This document shows positions 18,918 through 29,092 of a stretch of DNA of 56,918 nt, one piece after another. The notes beneath the pieces were generated by a model. The model made no database searches. It saw only the letters and a program-made list of their open reading frames with translations, and was not told the origin of the DNA. The stretch comes from SAR324 cluster bacterium (lineage in GTDB: Bacteria > SAR324 > NAC60-12): assembly GCA_016764995.1 (NCBI GenBank), contig JAESQU010000100.1, positions 1 through 56,918 on the forward strand, in the 5' to 3' direction. Position 1 is the first letter of the stretch. The number at the start of each line of letters is the position of its first letter. The position numbers and the translations under genes are program-made.

Positions 18918-20330
18918 ATGACTACGCCGAAAGATGTAATTGAATTTGCAAAACTAAATGATGTCGTAATGGTTGACTTGAAGTTCATCGACTTTCTTGG
19001 AACATGGCAGCACTTCGCTGTCCCTGTTTCTGAACTCTCTGAGGAGATGCTTGAAGAAGGCCGAATGTTTGATGGTTCCAGTATTCGTTGCTGGCAGACT
19101 ATTGACAACAGTGACATGAAAATTATGCCGGATTTATCGACATTCAAAATGGATCCGTTTTTTGATCATCCGACTCTCTCCCTGATTTGTGATATTCAGG
19201 ATCCGGTAACCGGAGAGGACTACTCTCGTGATCCACGCAATGTAACCAAGAAAGCGGAAAAATATCTCATCTCTACAGGAATTGGAGATACCATTTTTGT
19301 TGGCCCGGAAGCAGAATTTTTCCTGTTTGACGATGTACGTTTCGGACAAGGTCCAGAAGGAGGTTTTTATTCCATCGATTCTACAGAATGTCCCTGGAAT
19401 TCCGGTGCCGAAGAAATGGGCGGAAATAAAGCTTATAAAATTGGTCACAAGTCCGGTTATTTTCCTGCAGCGCCCTTTGATCAGGACCGCGATATTAGGG
19501 CAGAAATGGTGCTGACAATGGAGGATTTGGGTCTGACCATTGAAGCACAACATCATGAAGTTGCACCGGCTCAGCATGAAATTGACTTTAGGTATGATAC
19601 AATGTTGAAGGCTGCGGACATGATGCAATGGTACAAATATGTCGTACGAAATGTGGCTCGCGAAAATGGCAAGTCCGCCACCTTTATGCCAAAACCGATG
19701 TTTGCGGATAACGGAAGTGGGATGCACACGCATCAGTCGATTTGGAAGGATGGCAAACCATTGTTTGCCGGCGATCAATATGCCGGATTGAGTGAAATGG
19801 CACTGTATTATATCGGAGGCATCCTGAAGCACGCTCCGGCATTGGCTGCCTTAACCAATCCCTTGACCAACTCCTACAAACGACTTGTGCCAGGTTTTGA
19901 AGCCCCGATCAACTTGGCATATTCAAATCGTAACCGCTCTGCGACGGTTCGTATTCCTGTCGTTGATTCACCAAAAGGCCGCAGGATCGAGTACCGTTGT
20001 CCTGATTCTGGTGCCAATGTCTATTTGGCTTTTCCTGCCATGATGATGGCTGGAATAGATGGGATCCAAAATAAAATTGATCCAGGTGATCCGATGGATG
20101 TGAATATCTATGATCTTCCGCCGGAAAAATTGAACAAAATTGGTAAGATGCCGAGTTCATTGCAAGAAGCTTTAGAAGCGCTTAAAAATGACCACGAATT
20201 TTTACTCAAAGGTGATGTTTTTACCAAAGATGTCATTGATTACTGGCTGAACTGGAAAATGGAAGAGGAAGTCAAATCCATCGATTCACGCCCCCATCCA
20301 CATGAGTTTGAGTTGTATTACCACTGTTAG
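18918..20330 (+). CDS. glnA: Glutamine synthetase type I
   Basis: 470 aa. [40 protein letters not shown], and the adenylylation-site context VNIYDLPPE are present. Confidence 0.95.
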   Translation: MTTPKDVIEFAKLNDVVMVDLKFIDFLGTWQHFAVPVSELSEEMLEEGRMFDGSSIRCWQTIDNSDMKIMPDLSTFKMDPFFDHPTLSLICDIQDPVTGEDYSRDPRNVTKKAEKYLISTGIGDTIFVGPEAEFFLFDDVRFGQGPEGGFYSIDSTECPWNSGAEEMGGNKAYKIGHKSGYFPAAPFDQDRDIRAEMVLTMEDLGLTIEAQHHEVAPAQHEIDFRYDTMLKAADMMQWYKYVVRNVARENGKSATFMPKPMFADNGSGMHTHQSIWKDGKPLFAGDQYAGLSEMALYYIGGILKHAPALAALTNPLTNSYKRLVPGFEAPINLAYSNRNRSATVRIPVVDSPKGRRIEYRCPDSGANVYLAFPAMMMAGIDGIQNKIDPGDPMDVNIYDLPPEKLNKIGKMPSSLQEALEALKNDHEFLLKGDVFTKDVIDYWLNWKMEEEVKSIDSRPHPHEFELYYHC

Positions 20331-20342
20331 ACTCCTTTTTTC

Positions 20343-20380
20343 GTGGGAGTGATTTCTTTGCTCCCACAGCTTTCCTTTTT
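20343..20380 (+). terminator. Possible terminator after glnA
   Basis: Stem GTGGGAG/CTCCCAC with an 11-nt loop. A T-rich tract (CCTTTTTTATTT) begins a few nt downstream. Confidence 0.45.
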
Positions 20381-20630
20381 TATTTCCTTTTCAAAATATA
20401 CTTTTTAAATCCTGTCCCTGATTCAGGATAAAATTCTCTGTTTTGCAAATTTGCAAAAATTAGCAGTGTTTAGTTATTCCGGCATAATTCAGACAAGAAG
20501 CCACATCACGAGCTGCCATTCAATTTTGCCGGATCAATTATTTGCATGTATGACAGAACCATTTTTTATTTTTGACAATTGCCGAAATATGATAAACTGT
20601 GCTCGCACTTAAACCTTCTTAAAGTTAAAC

Positions 20631-23600
20631 GTGAGCCTCAACGACTGGATAAACAACCTCTTTCCTTTGCCGAAAACTATTGACTGGCAGGAAATATTAC
20701 AGGATTCTTCTTCACCATTTTCATACGCGCCTTCGGAGCAGCTGGCGAACTTGCTGGAAAAGAGTGTTGCAATTAAAGGAATTGCAGGTCACCTCCCTCA
20801 GTTTCTTCCAGTCCTGCTCACGTGCGGGACTCCGGAAATCGCCTTGACTCAGCTGCTTAATTTTTCGGATTCTTTTCGCGACCAGAATGGAAGTGATTTT
20901 AACTGGAGTCTTCCGGAAACAAAGGCATTGTTGCACGTTTTTGGACGAAGCAATTTTCTGGCAAATCGTTTAAAACGGAATCCGCAACTTGCTGAACGTG
21001 TACTTGAATCTCCTTTTCTATTGAAAAAGAAAAGTGTAGAAATTATGGAAACGGAACTCAGGAAAAGGCTTGAGCAGCAACCGGAGTTTTCTCTTAAGGA
21101 ATTCAAGAATATTTTAAGGCGTTTTAAATACGAAGAATATTTACGCATTACTGTCCGAGATTTGGCAGGACTTTGCCCATTCCAGGATACACTTGAAGAA
21201 CTATCTGCTATCGCAATTTGCTGTTTACGGGTTGCCCTTTCAGGAATTTCAAAGTACGAATTGGGAATCAATAGTGATTCCGCAACAGAATCAATTCCGG
21301 ATACAACTGAAAATGATAGTGTAAATATCGAACATTTCCGGAGTGAAAATAGTCAAGAGATTTTTCCATTTATGATTTTGGGAATGGGAAAGTTAGGCGG
21401 CAATGAATTGAATTATTCATCCGATGTTGATTTAATTTTCATTCACGATTACGAACCTCTCAGCGGAGATCCGGAGCGTGATTATAAACTCCGGATGAAA
21501 GCAGCAAGGATATTGATTGATGTAATGGCGGATGTGACAGAGGAGGGTTTTTTGGCACGGATGGATATGCGCTTACGTCCCGGTGGTGATCGAGCGCCGC
21601 TGGTTCAGTCTTTTGACGAGATGGAATTATATTACACAGCAAAAGGAGAACTTTGGGAGCGTCAAGCCTTGATCAAAGCAGTTCCGGTAGCCGGAACAAC
21701 TCAGTCCGGAAAAGATTTTATGAGCATGATAACACCTTTTGTTTTCCGGAGTCTGCTGGATGAAGCGGTCTTGCACGATGTGGAAAAAGTAAAGAAGCGT
21801 ATCGAAGCAGAACATTTGCGTGAAAACTATTTGAACGTAAAATTAGGTGTAGGAGGAATCCGTGAAGTTGAATTTTTTGTACAAACTTTTCAATTGTTAT
21901 ATGGCGGTAGTAAGCCGGAACTGCGCTGTCCTGCGACTTTGGAAGTTTTAAACAAACTGCGGGAAGCAGAATTAATTCCGGAACGTGATGCGGATACTTT
22001 GGGAGAAGCATATTTGTTTTTACGTCGTGTGGAACATCACCTCCAATTGCGCGAAGAGCAACAAACACACACCTTGCCTTCAGACATAATACAACAACAG
22101 GAAATTGCCAGAAATTTAGGTTACAACGATTTTTATATTGAAAAAGCACGTCAACAATTATTAAGTGATTTAAAAGATGTGATGGGGCGGGTGCGTGCTA
22201 TTTTCAGTGGTTTGTTTAGTCGCAAACATCTTGAAATTGAAGCCGCAATCCGCAACTGTGCCCGTATTAAAAGTTTTACTTCAGAGGAGCAGCAGTTTAT
22301 TGAATTATTCTCCCAGCACCTTGCGCCGTTGATAAGTGAAAGTACAAAAAATAAATTTCAGCGTCTGTTTGAATCCGTAAGTGTGAAAATTGGTTATTAT
22401 CGAAAATTGTCAAAGCATCCATCTTCACTTGCACGCTTGATGCGAATTGCTGAAACAAGCGAAATGCTCTGGAATTATTTACTTAATAACTTGGAATTAC
22501 TGGAACAACTGGACAATGCCACACTGGAAATATCAAAAGAAATTTGGGACAAACAACTTGAAGAGAAACTGCTGAATTGCGCAGATAATGAGGAAGCTGA
22601 AATTGATCAGCTGCGGCAATTTAAGCATACAATCACCTTTCTGCTGGGAAGTGCTGAACTGGAAGGCGTCCTGTCATACGAAAGAACCAGAAAGGGACTG
22701 ACTTTGCTGGCAGAAGTAATTGTTCAGGCGGCATTTCGTTTGTCACAAAAATGGTTAAATCAACGTTATGGTGAAGTCCGCAACTCTTTGGGAGAATCAG
22801 GGCAGTTTGCAATAATCGGATTGGGAAAATTGGGCGGCAGTGAATTAACATATTTTTCGGATCTCGATTTGATTTTTATCCATTCTGGTGATGGAACGAC
22901 CAACGGCGTCCGTAAAATTGACGCACAGGAATATTGGATCAAATTGATTCAACGTCTCATTTCAAGCCTTTCCACAATGACTCGTACCGGCTATGCCTAC
23001 AAGCTTGATGCACGCCTGCGTCCATCTGGAAACGCCGGTGTTTTGGTGACACCTTTAGATGTATATCTTAAATATCACGAAAAATCACAACCCTGGGAAC
23101 ACCAAGCGTTGATCAAAGGAAGGGTAATCGGCGGAAGCGGTGAAACACAATGGATTCAAGAAGTGGAGAAGGGAATCCGCAGCGCGGTTTATGATTGGAT
23201 GCCTCCTGAAGATATGAATGAGCAAATCCACCAATTCCGCCAGCGAAAAGAAAAAGAACTGTCTGGTGAGAAGGAAAATCGGCGAAATATCAAAGAAGGC
23301 AGAGGAGGATTGTTGGATATTGAATTTCTGACACAAGCATTGCAACTTAAATTTGGGCGTAATTATCCTCAATTACAATGCCACAGAACACTGGATGCGC
23401 TAAGTAAACTTGGTGAACTTGATTTGCTAATCAAAGAAGAAGCTGAAAGTTTACAATATAATTACAAATTGTTGAGAGTAATTGAAAATGGACTTCGGCT
23501 GATCTATGATGAATCAACGGATTTACTGGATTTTGAGAAAGTTAAGGCAGAGACAATTCTTCAATTACTAAAACATCATGGCTACGAATTTACAAATTTG

Positions 23601-23660
23601 CGGGAGACTGTGGAAACGGTGACACAAAACGTTCGGGAGATATATCTTCGCTATTTTTGA
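20631..23660 (+). CDS. glnE: Bifunctional glutamine synthetase adenylyltransferase/adenylyl-removing enzyme
   Basis: 1009 aa with two nucleotidyltransferase modules: LGMGKLGGNELNYSSDVDLIFIH..RLRPGG and IGLGKLGGSELTYFSDLDLIFIH..RLRPSG. A GTG start is assumed. Confidence 0.92.
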   Translation: MSLNDWINNLFPLPKTIDWQEILQDSSSPFSYAPSEQLANLLEKSVAIKGIAGHLPQFLPVLLTCGTPEIALTQLLNFSDSFRDQNGSDFNWSLPETKALLHVFGRSNFLANRLKRNPQLAERVLESPFLLKKKSVEIMETELRKRLEQQPEFSLKEFKNILRRFKYEEYLRITVRDLAGLCPFQDTLEELSAIAICCLRVALSGISKYELGINSDSATESIPDTTENDSVNIEHFRSENSQEIFPFMILGMGKLGGNELNYSSDVDLIFIHDYEPLSGDPERDYKLRMKAARILIDVMADVTEEGFLARMDMRLRPGGDRAPLVQSFDEMELYYTAKGELWERQALIKAVPVAGTTQSGKDFMSMITPFVFRSLLDEAVLHDVEKVKKRIEAEHLRENYLNVKLGVGGIREVEFFVQTFQLLYGGSKPELRCPATLEVLNKLREAELIPERDADTLGEAYLFLRRVEHHLQLREEQQTHTLPSDIIQQQEIARNLGYNDFYIEKARQQLLSDLKDVMGRVRAIFSGLFSRKHLEIEAAIRNCARIKSFTSEEQQFIELFSQHLAPLISESTKNKFQRLFESVSVKIGYYRKLSKHPSSLARLMRIAETSEMLWNYLLNNLELLEQLDNATLEISKEIWDKQLEEKLLNCADNEEAEIDQLRQFKHTITFLLGSAELEGVLSYERTRKGLTLLAEVIVQAAFRLSQKWLNQRYGEVRNSLGESGQFAIIGLGKLGGSELTYFSDLDLIFIHSGDGTTNGVRKIDAQEYWIKLIQRLISSLSTMTRTGYAYKLDARLRPSGNAGVLVTPLDVYLKYHEKSQPWEHQALIKGRVIGGSGETQWIQEVEKGIRSAVYDWMPPEDMNEQIHQFRQRKEKELSGEKENRRNIKEGRGGLLDIEFLTQALQLKFGRNYPQLQCHRTLDALSKLGELDLLIKEEAESLQYNYKLLRVIENGLRLIYDESTDLLDFEKVKAETILQLLKHHGYEFTNLRETVETVTQNVREIYLRYF

Positions 23661-23821
23661 AATTATAATTGCCGCTCAAAATTCGGCTAAAATTCGATTA
23701 ACTATATATTAAATCAATAAACAGAAAAAACTTAAATTTAGCGTAATTGAATAAATAAATAATTATTCAAAGAGTGATAGACCCGAAAAAAGTCCTGTAA
23801 CCGTGTTATTGCATACGAAGT

Positions 23822-23867
23822 GAGAAATCTTGTCGAAGTGACCAAACTATTATCATCAAGATTTCTC
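23822..23867. repeat. 11-bp inverted repeat (GAGAAATCTTG / CAAGATTTCTC) with 24-nt spacer, flanked by GTCGAA(G/A)TGAC direct repeats
   Basis: Read directly in the 418-bp very AT-rich glnE-recN spacer. Confidence 0.6.
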
Positions 23868-24078
23868 GGTATGGTCGAAATGACAAATTGACGATTTTAT
23901 ATTTTTTAAGACAGCATCATAAAATTAAAAAAATAAAATCTAGTAATGAATAGATATATAATAAATCAAATCAATCCAAGTTGCACACGAGTCTATTTTA
24001 GATAATATATATATCGAATCAAAAATAATTAAGATTAAATATATAATTATTCAAAATAAAAAAAGAATAGTTAAATCA

Positions 24079-25794
24079 ATGTTATTACAACTGAGAATTG
24101 AAAATTTAGCGACGATCCGTAATCTTGATGTAGAATTCAATGCCGGTTTCTCCATCCTCACAGGTGAAACTGGAGCTGGAAAATCAATTATGATAGACGC
24201 GATTTTGCTGGTTTTGGGTCATCGTGGTGATCCTGAAATGATCCGGACAGGTGAAGAGCAGTCCGTTGTAGAAGCAATATTTTCTGTGCCTGAAAATTCA
24301 GTTCAAGGAGAGAAATTTGATCTTCGGAGCGAACTGGATGATTCCGGAATTGACCTTGAAGACGAAATTATCGTACGTTGTTTGATTTCCCGTAAAGGTC
24401 GACAAAAGAGGCTTATTAACGGAGTTTCAGTGACAGCGGATTTTCTAAAAAAAGTTGGTCGGCAATTGATTAATATTCATGGTCAGCACGACAATCAGTC
24501 ACTTTTGCAAGTATCTTCACATTTGAATTTTCTTGATGGTTATGGCCAATTGCTTCCTCTACGTCTGCAAGTGTCTGAATTATTCCGAGCTATGCAAGAC
24601 GCAAAAAAAGAACAGAAGGCTCTGCAAAAACAGTTTGCTGAGCGTGCAGACAGAATTGAGGAACTGAAAGAAATTATAGAAGATTTGTCTGAATTAAATC
24701 TTCTACCTGCGGAAGAAAGTGATCTAAGGCAAGAAGAAAATAGACTGACACATGTGGAAAAACTCACCTCGCTGCTGAATCAGGTTCAGCATCAATTGCA
24801 TGAATTGGACGGTTCAGTTTTAGCTCAGTTGGAAATATTGAGAAAACTATTGGGTGAAGCAGAACAAATTGATCCGGAATGCGCAAAATTTCGTAGCGGA
24901 ATTGAATCAGTGCTTTTTCAGCTTGAGGACAGTCATCAGGAATTACTGAGCTACAACTCAAAAATTGAAGACGATCCTGCGCGTTTGGCCTGGATCAATG
25001 AGCGGCTTAGTCGAATTCAGCATTTTGAACGTAAATTTCGTTTCGATAATGCGGATGAACTGCTGACTCTTTTTGAAAAATCTCAGCACGAACTGGACTC
25101 TCTGGAACATCACGATGAAAATGAACAGGAGATATTTGAAAAGATTGAGTTTTTAAAAAAACAAATGCAAAAGAAGGCAGAACTTCTCTCTCAACAGCGC
25201 CGCCAAGCAGCAATAAAAATGGATCGTGCAATAGTCGATGAACTACGTCAATTAGGAATGGAAAAGGCACGATTTGAAACTCAAATTATTTCAGCGTCAT
25301 TTGAAGAAACAAACGAGCCATTTTCTTCTACAGGAATTGACCAGGTTGTGTTCATGCTGTCTGTTAATCCCGGACAGGAAATAAGGAGTTTGGTTAAAGT
25401 TGCTTCAGGAGGTGAACTATCTCGAATAATGCTGGCACTTAAAACGGTTTTGACTTCACTAGATACAGTTGAAATATTGATTTTCGATGAAATTGATACT
25501 GGAATCAGCGGAGGGATTGCTGAAATAGTGGGGCAGAAATTACATTCACTTAGTGGGCGTCACCAGACTTTATGTGTGACTCATCTTCCGCAAATTGTCG
25601 CTTTCGCGGATCATCATTATTTAGTCAGCAAGCATTTGGAGGAGGATGAAACTTACACAAAAATTAATCATCTCAAAACAAAAAATGAACGAGTCCGCGC
25701 TCTTGCGGATTTAATCGGTGGACAAGAAATTACTGAGCAAACCTTGGAGTTGGCTAATGAAATGTTGAACAATTTTCAAACAAATTCTCTGTGA
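24079..25794 (+). CDS. recN: DNA repair protein RecN
   Basis: N-terminal L.I.N...I.......F..GF..LTGETGAGKSI, a long coiled-coil middle, and C-terminal ASGGELSRIMLALK..LIFDEIDTGISG. Confidence 0.93.
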   Translation: MLLQLRIENLATIRNLDVEFNAGFSILTGETGAGKSIMIDAILLVLGHRGDPEMIRTGEEQSVVEAIFSVPENSVQGEKFDLRSELDDSGIDLEDEIIVRCLISRKGRQKRLINGVSVTADFLKKVGRQLINIHGQHDNQSLLQVSSHLNFLDGYGQLLPLRLQVSELFRAMQDAKKEQKALQKQFAERADRIEELKEIIEDLSELNLLPAEESDLRQEENRLTHVEKLTSLLNQVQHQLHELDGSVLAQLEILRKLLGEAEQIDPECAKFRSGIESVLFQLEDSHQELLSYNSKIEDDPARLAWINERLSRIQHFERKFRFDNADELLTLFEKSQHELDSLEHHDENEQEIFEKIEFLKKQMQKKAELLSQQRRQAAIKMDRAIVDELRQLGMEKARFETQIISASFEETNEPFSSTGIDQVVFMLSVNPGQEIRSLVKVASGGELSRIMLALKTVLTSLDTVEILIFDEIDTGISGGIAEIVGQKLHSLSGRHQTLCVTHLPQIVAFADHHYLVSKHLEEDETYTKINHLKTKNERVRALADLIGGQEITEQTLELANEMLNNFQTNSL

Positions 25795-25997
25795 TAATAC
25801 AAAATTCAGGGTGCTTTTATAAAGAATGTAACTATAAAAACTGTTGCCTACCATGAAAATATTTTAATAATAAAATGTATAAAAACAGTTTAATATAGAA
25901 TTGCCTTAAGTCCCAACTGTTAACTCTATTCCCAAGTTTGTTGACGTATCGGAAGCTTCCTGAAATTTATTGATCATAAAACTAATCCAACAAAAAA

Positions 25998-26025
25998 CTT
26001 GCACACGCTTTTATCATCCCATAGT
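25998..26025 (+). promoter_or_regulatory. Possible sigma-32-type heat-shock promoter upstream of clpP
   Basis: CTTGCAC-N13-CCCATAGT compared with CTTGAAA-N13/14-CCCCATNT. It lies about 58 nt before the ATG. Confidence 0.3.
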
Positions 26026-26082
26026 TTGAATAAAGAGAAAATTACTACAAAGAAATCTAAAAAAATTACGCAGGAACATTAA

Positions 26083-26664
26083 ATGAGTGAAGAAAAAAAC
26101 GAAGAAAATGGTGATTTGGAAAGTATTGCGAGCAAACTTCTCAAGTCCAGAACAGTTGTTATTTCCCAACAAGTTGACTCAAAATTATCCGCAAAAGTTT
26201 TGAGCCAGTTGGTCTTGTTAGAACAGGAAGGTCCGGAATTACCGATCACGGTTTTTATAAATTCTCCCGGCGGAGAAATATTTTCCGGTTTTGCAATTTA
26301 TGATATGCTCAAATTTATCTCATGTCCAGTCACAACAATTGTGACAGGATTTGCTGCCAGCATGGGATCAATTTTGAGTTTAGCCGCAGACAAAGGTCGA
26401 CGTTTCGCGATGCCTCAGGCAAAAATAATGATTCATCAACCTTTATTAATGGGGTATCAGGGGCGTGCTTCTGAATGTGAAATTCAGGCGCGTGAAATAT
26501 TGAAAACACGTGACCATTTGGTTAAGTTATATGCCGAACAAACAGGAAAAAGCTTTGAAGAAATAAAAAAAGCACTTGATCGTGATAATTGGTTTACTGC
26601 CGAAGAAGCACTAGAATATGGGTTGCTGGACAAGGTTGTGCATTCACGCTCAGAATTAAACTGA
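26083..26664 (+). CDS. clpP: ClpP-family serine protease subunit (orphan, atypical N-terminus)
   Basis: Catalytic triad contexts GFAASMGS, IMIHQP and DRDNWFTAEEALEYGL are present. The N-terminal 15 aa are acidic (MSEEKNEENGDLESI) instead of the usual axial-loop sequence. Confidence 0.85.
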   Translation: MSEEKNEENGDLESIASKLLKSRTVVISQQVDSKLSAKVLSQLVLLEQEGPELPITVFINSPGGEIFSGFAIYDMLKFISCPVTTIVTGFAASMGSILSLAADKGRRFAMPQAKIMIHQPLLMGYQGRASECEIQAREILKTRDHLVKLYAEQTGKSFEEIKKALDRDNWFTAEEALEYGLLDKVVHSRSELN

Positions 26665-26791
26665 CAAATTTATAAAAACATTGCTGACGAAAATGTGAAT
26701 CGTTTATAATTTATAGAGTTCGTCATTTTATCATTTTACAAATAATTTATTTAAAATTAAAATTCGGCATTTGCTGAATGAGCAGAATTTT

Positions 26792-29092
26792 ATGGCAAAA
26801 AATTTAATTATTGTTGAATCACCGGCTAAAGCCCGTACGATTAGTAAATTCCTGGGTAATGAATACACCGTTACAGCTTCAATGGGGCACGTCCGGGATT
26901 TGCCTTCAAGTAAACTTGGTTTTGATCCAAAAAACGGATTTTCTCCGGAATATGAAATTTCCAAGAATAAGAAAAAAACGGTTGCAGACCTGAAAAAACA
27001 AATTGACAAAAATACTGTCGTTTTTCTTGCAACTGATGAAGACCGTGAAGGAGAAGCCATTTCGTGGCATCTTCTGCAAGCGCTGGGTTTGGAAAAGCGT
27101 CCGGTAAAACGGATAGTCTTTCACGAAATAACTAAGCCTGCAATTCTCCGCGCACTTGAAAATCCCCGGGACGTAGATCAAAATCTGGTTGACGCGCAAC
27201 AGGCTCGTAGAATTTTGGACCGTGCGGTAGGATATGAATTATCGCCGTTACTCTGGAAAAAAATCAAACCGGGGCTTTCCGCAGGAAGGGTGCAAAGTGT
27301 TTCTGTTCATATTTTAGTTGAGCGCGAAAGAGAAATAAGAAAATTTGTGCCTGTAGAATATTGGAAAATTAAAGCGGACTTTGCGGAATTTTCTGCAGAG
27401 TTGAAAAAGCTCAATGGAAAAACCGCAAAAGTAGTCAATGAATCAGAAGCCCTCAGGATCGAAGCCAGTGTGAAGCAAGGAGATTTTGTGGTGACAGAAG
27501 TAGATGAACGAATGACAAACCGAAATCCTGCTGCGCCATTTACAACTTCAACCATTCAGCAGGAAGCTTCAGTCAAGCTGGGGTATTCTGTCAAACGTAC
27601 AATGGTTGTCGCACAACAGCTTTACGAGGGAAATTTTGAAATTCCGGATTACAGCGGTGGTCTCATTACCTATATGCGTACTGATTCAGTGGCACTTGCA
27701 GAACTTGCACTGACTCAGGCACAGGAAGTTATCAGTTCCGAATATGGTGTTAAATTTGGCTTAAAGGAGCCGCGCTTATTTAAGAACCGTACAGCAAACG
27801 CGCAGGAAGCTCACGAAGCAATTCGTCCAGTGGATCTTTCACTCAAACCAAGTGCAGTCAAAGACCATTTGAGTTCCGATCAATTTCGCCTGTACAGTAT
27901 GGTTTGGAAGCGTACTCTTGCTTCACAAATGGCATCCGCTGAAATTGCCCGCACCACTTTGAAAATTGAAGCCGGTGTAAAAAAAGAGTGTCAATTTGTG
28001 GCAAAGGGACAGCGTGTCGTTTTTCCAGGATTCTTGCAGGCTTACACGGAAGCCCTTGAGGGGCAAAATCCTATGGTGGCTGAAAAAGATGTGATCCTTC
28101 CAAAAGTCGAAAAAGATCAACAACTGCCGCTGAAAAAATTAAATCTTGAACAACTGTTTACCAAACCTCCGCCTCGTTATACTGAAGCATCGTTGGTGAA
28201 AAAAATGGAGTCAGAAGGCATCGGTAGACCTTCCACTTATGCACCAACTATCTCAACAATTCAGGATCGTGGTTATGTGGAAGCCACTCCGGAAAAGCAA
28301 CTTAAACCAACATCCATAGGAGAAGTTGTAACAGATTTTCTCACCGACCATTTTGCGGAAATCGTGAATTTGGGATTTACCGCAAAAATAGAACGTAACT
28401 TTGACAGGATTGCAAATGGAGAGGAAAAATGGGTAGAAATGCTGGGGAATTTTTATCAACCGTTTCACCAGAGAGTTGTAGAAAAAGACGAATCTGTTAC
28501 GCGTGCAGAAGTGCTCAAACGACGTGAGTTGGGAACTGATCCTGAAAGTGGAAAACCTGTCAGTGTGAGTATTGGCAGATATGGGCCAATGGTGCAGATT
28601 GGTACTCGCGATGATGAGGAAAAACCGCGATTTGCTTCTTTACCGAGCAATCTTAATCTTAACGAAGTAACTTTCGAAGAAGCAATGGAATGCTTTGCCT
28701 TGCCTCGTACACTGGGCAATTATGAAAACGGCGAAGAAATTATTGTCAATAATGGACGTTTTGGACCTTATGTAAAACTTGGCAAAAATTTTTTCTCACT
28801 GCCTAAAGGTGATGATCCGCTGAAAACCGAGTTGGCACAAGCTGTGGAAATAATCCGCGAAGGATTGGAGAAAAAAGCAAAAAGTACAATTCATGATTTT
28901 GGAGATATTCTTGTCTTGGATGGCCGTTACGGACCATATATAAGGTCTGCTAAAAAAAATTACAAAATACCAAAAGGAGTGGATCCGGTAAGTTTGGACG
29001 AAGCGGCCTGTCTAAAAATTATTGCTGAAGCACCGCCTCCAAAAGGATTTAAAGGAAGAAAAAATAAAACCGCTAAAAAGCAAACGGCATAA
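26792..29092 (+). CDS. topA: DNA topoisomerase I, zinc-ribbon-free C-terminal type
   Basis: Toprim start MAKNLIIVESPAKA, DEDREGEAISWH, and active-site YMRTDS. The C-terminus has GRYGPMVQIG / GRFGPYVKLG / GRYGPYIRSA repeats, no CxxC pairs and a Lys-rich tail. ATG 26792 is preferred over the TTG at 26771. Confidence 0.93.
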   Translation: MAKNLIIVESPAKARTISKFLGNEYTVTASMGHVRDLPSSKLGFDPKNGFSPEYEISKNKKKTVADLKKQIDKNTVVFLATDEDREGEAISWHLLQALGLEKRPVKRIVFHEITKPAILRALENPRDVDQNLVDAQQARRILDRAVGYELSPLLWKKIKPGLSAGRVQSVSVHILVEREREIRKFVPVEYWKIKADFAEFSAELKKLNGKTAKVVNESEALRIEASVKQGDFVVTEVDERMTNRNPAAPFTTSTIQQEASVKLGYSVKRTMVVAQQLYEGNFEIPDYSGGLITYMRTDSVALAELALTQAQEVISSEYGVKFGLKEPRLFKNRTANAQEAHEAIRPVDLSLKPSAVKDHLSSDQFRLYSMVWKRTLASQMASAEIARTTLKIEAGVKKECQFVAKGQRVVFPGFLQAYTEALEGQNPMVAEKDVILPKVEKDQQLPLKKLNLEQLFTKPPPRYTEASLVKKMESEGIGRPSTYAPTISTIQDRGYVEATPEKQLKPTSIGEVVTDFLTDHFAEIVNLGFTAKIERNFDRIANGEEKWVEMLGNFYQPFHQRVVEKDESVTRAEVLKRRELGTDPESGKPVSVSIGRYGPMVQIGTRDDEEKPRFASLPSNLNLNEVTFEEAMECFALPRTLGNYENGEEIIVNNGRFGPYVKLGKNFFSLPKGDDPLKTELAQAVEIIREGLEKKAKSTIHDFGDILVLDGRYGPYIRSAKKNYKIPKGVDPVSLDEAACLKIIAEAPPPKGFKGRKNKTAKKQTA

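Noticed and set aside
19134-19832. 232-aa ORF antisense to glnA. Similar long antisense ORFs include 42082-42762 in the TPR gene, 31349-31822 in the ftsZ-like gene, 38508-38960 in the TerB-like gene, 39064-39519 in ghrA, 20849-21271 and 21718-22149 in glnE, and 50639-51040 in the EamA gene.
   Set aside because: Each lies entirely inside a gene with strong family motifs on the other strand. They have low-complexity or odd composition and no motifs of their own. They are typical shadow ORFs.
20573-20605. Sigma-70 promoter TTGACA...TAAACT for glnE.
   Set aside because: The spacer is only about 15 nt and the -10 is weak. AT-rich sequence produces many such matches, so I did not report it as a feature.
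23661-24078. CRISPR array, or a LexA/SOS box upstream of recN.
   Set aside because: The repeats are short (about 11 bp), few and irregularly spaced, so this is not CRISPR-like. I found no CTGT-N8-ACAG, GAAC-N4-GTTC or other known LexA-box geometry. CTGTCGTCTGACAG at about 31085 has the wrong spacing and the wrong location.
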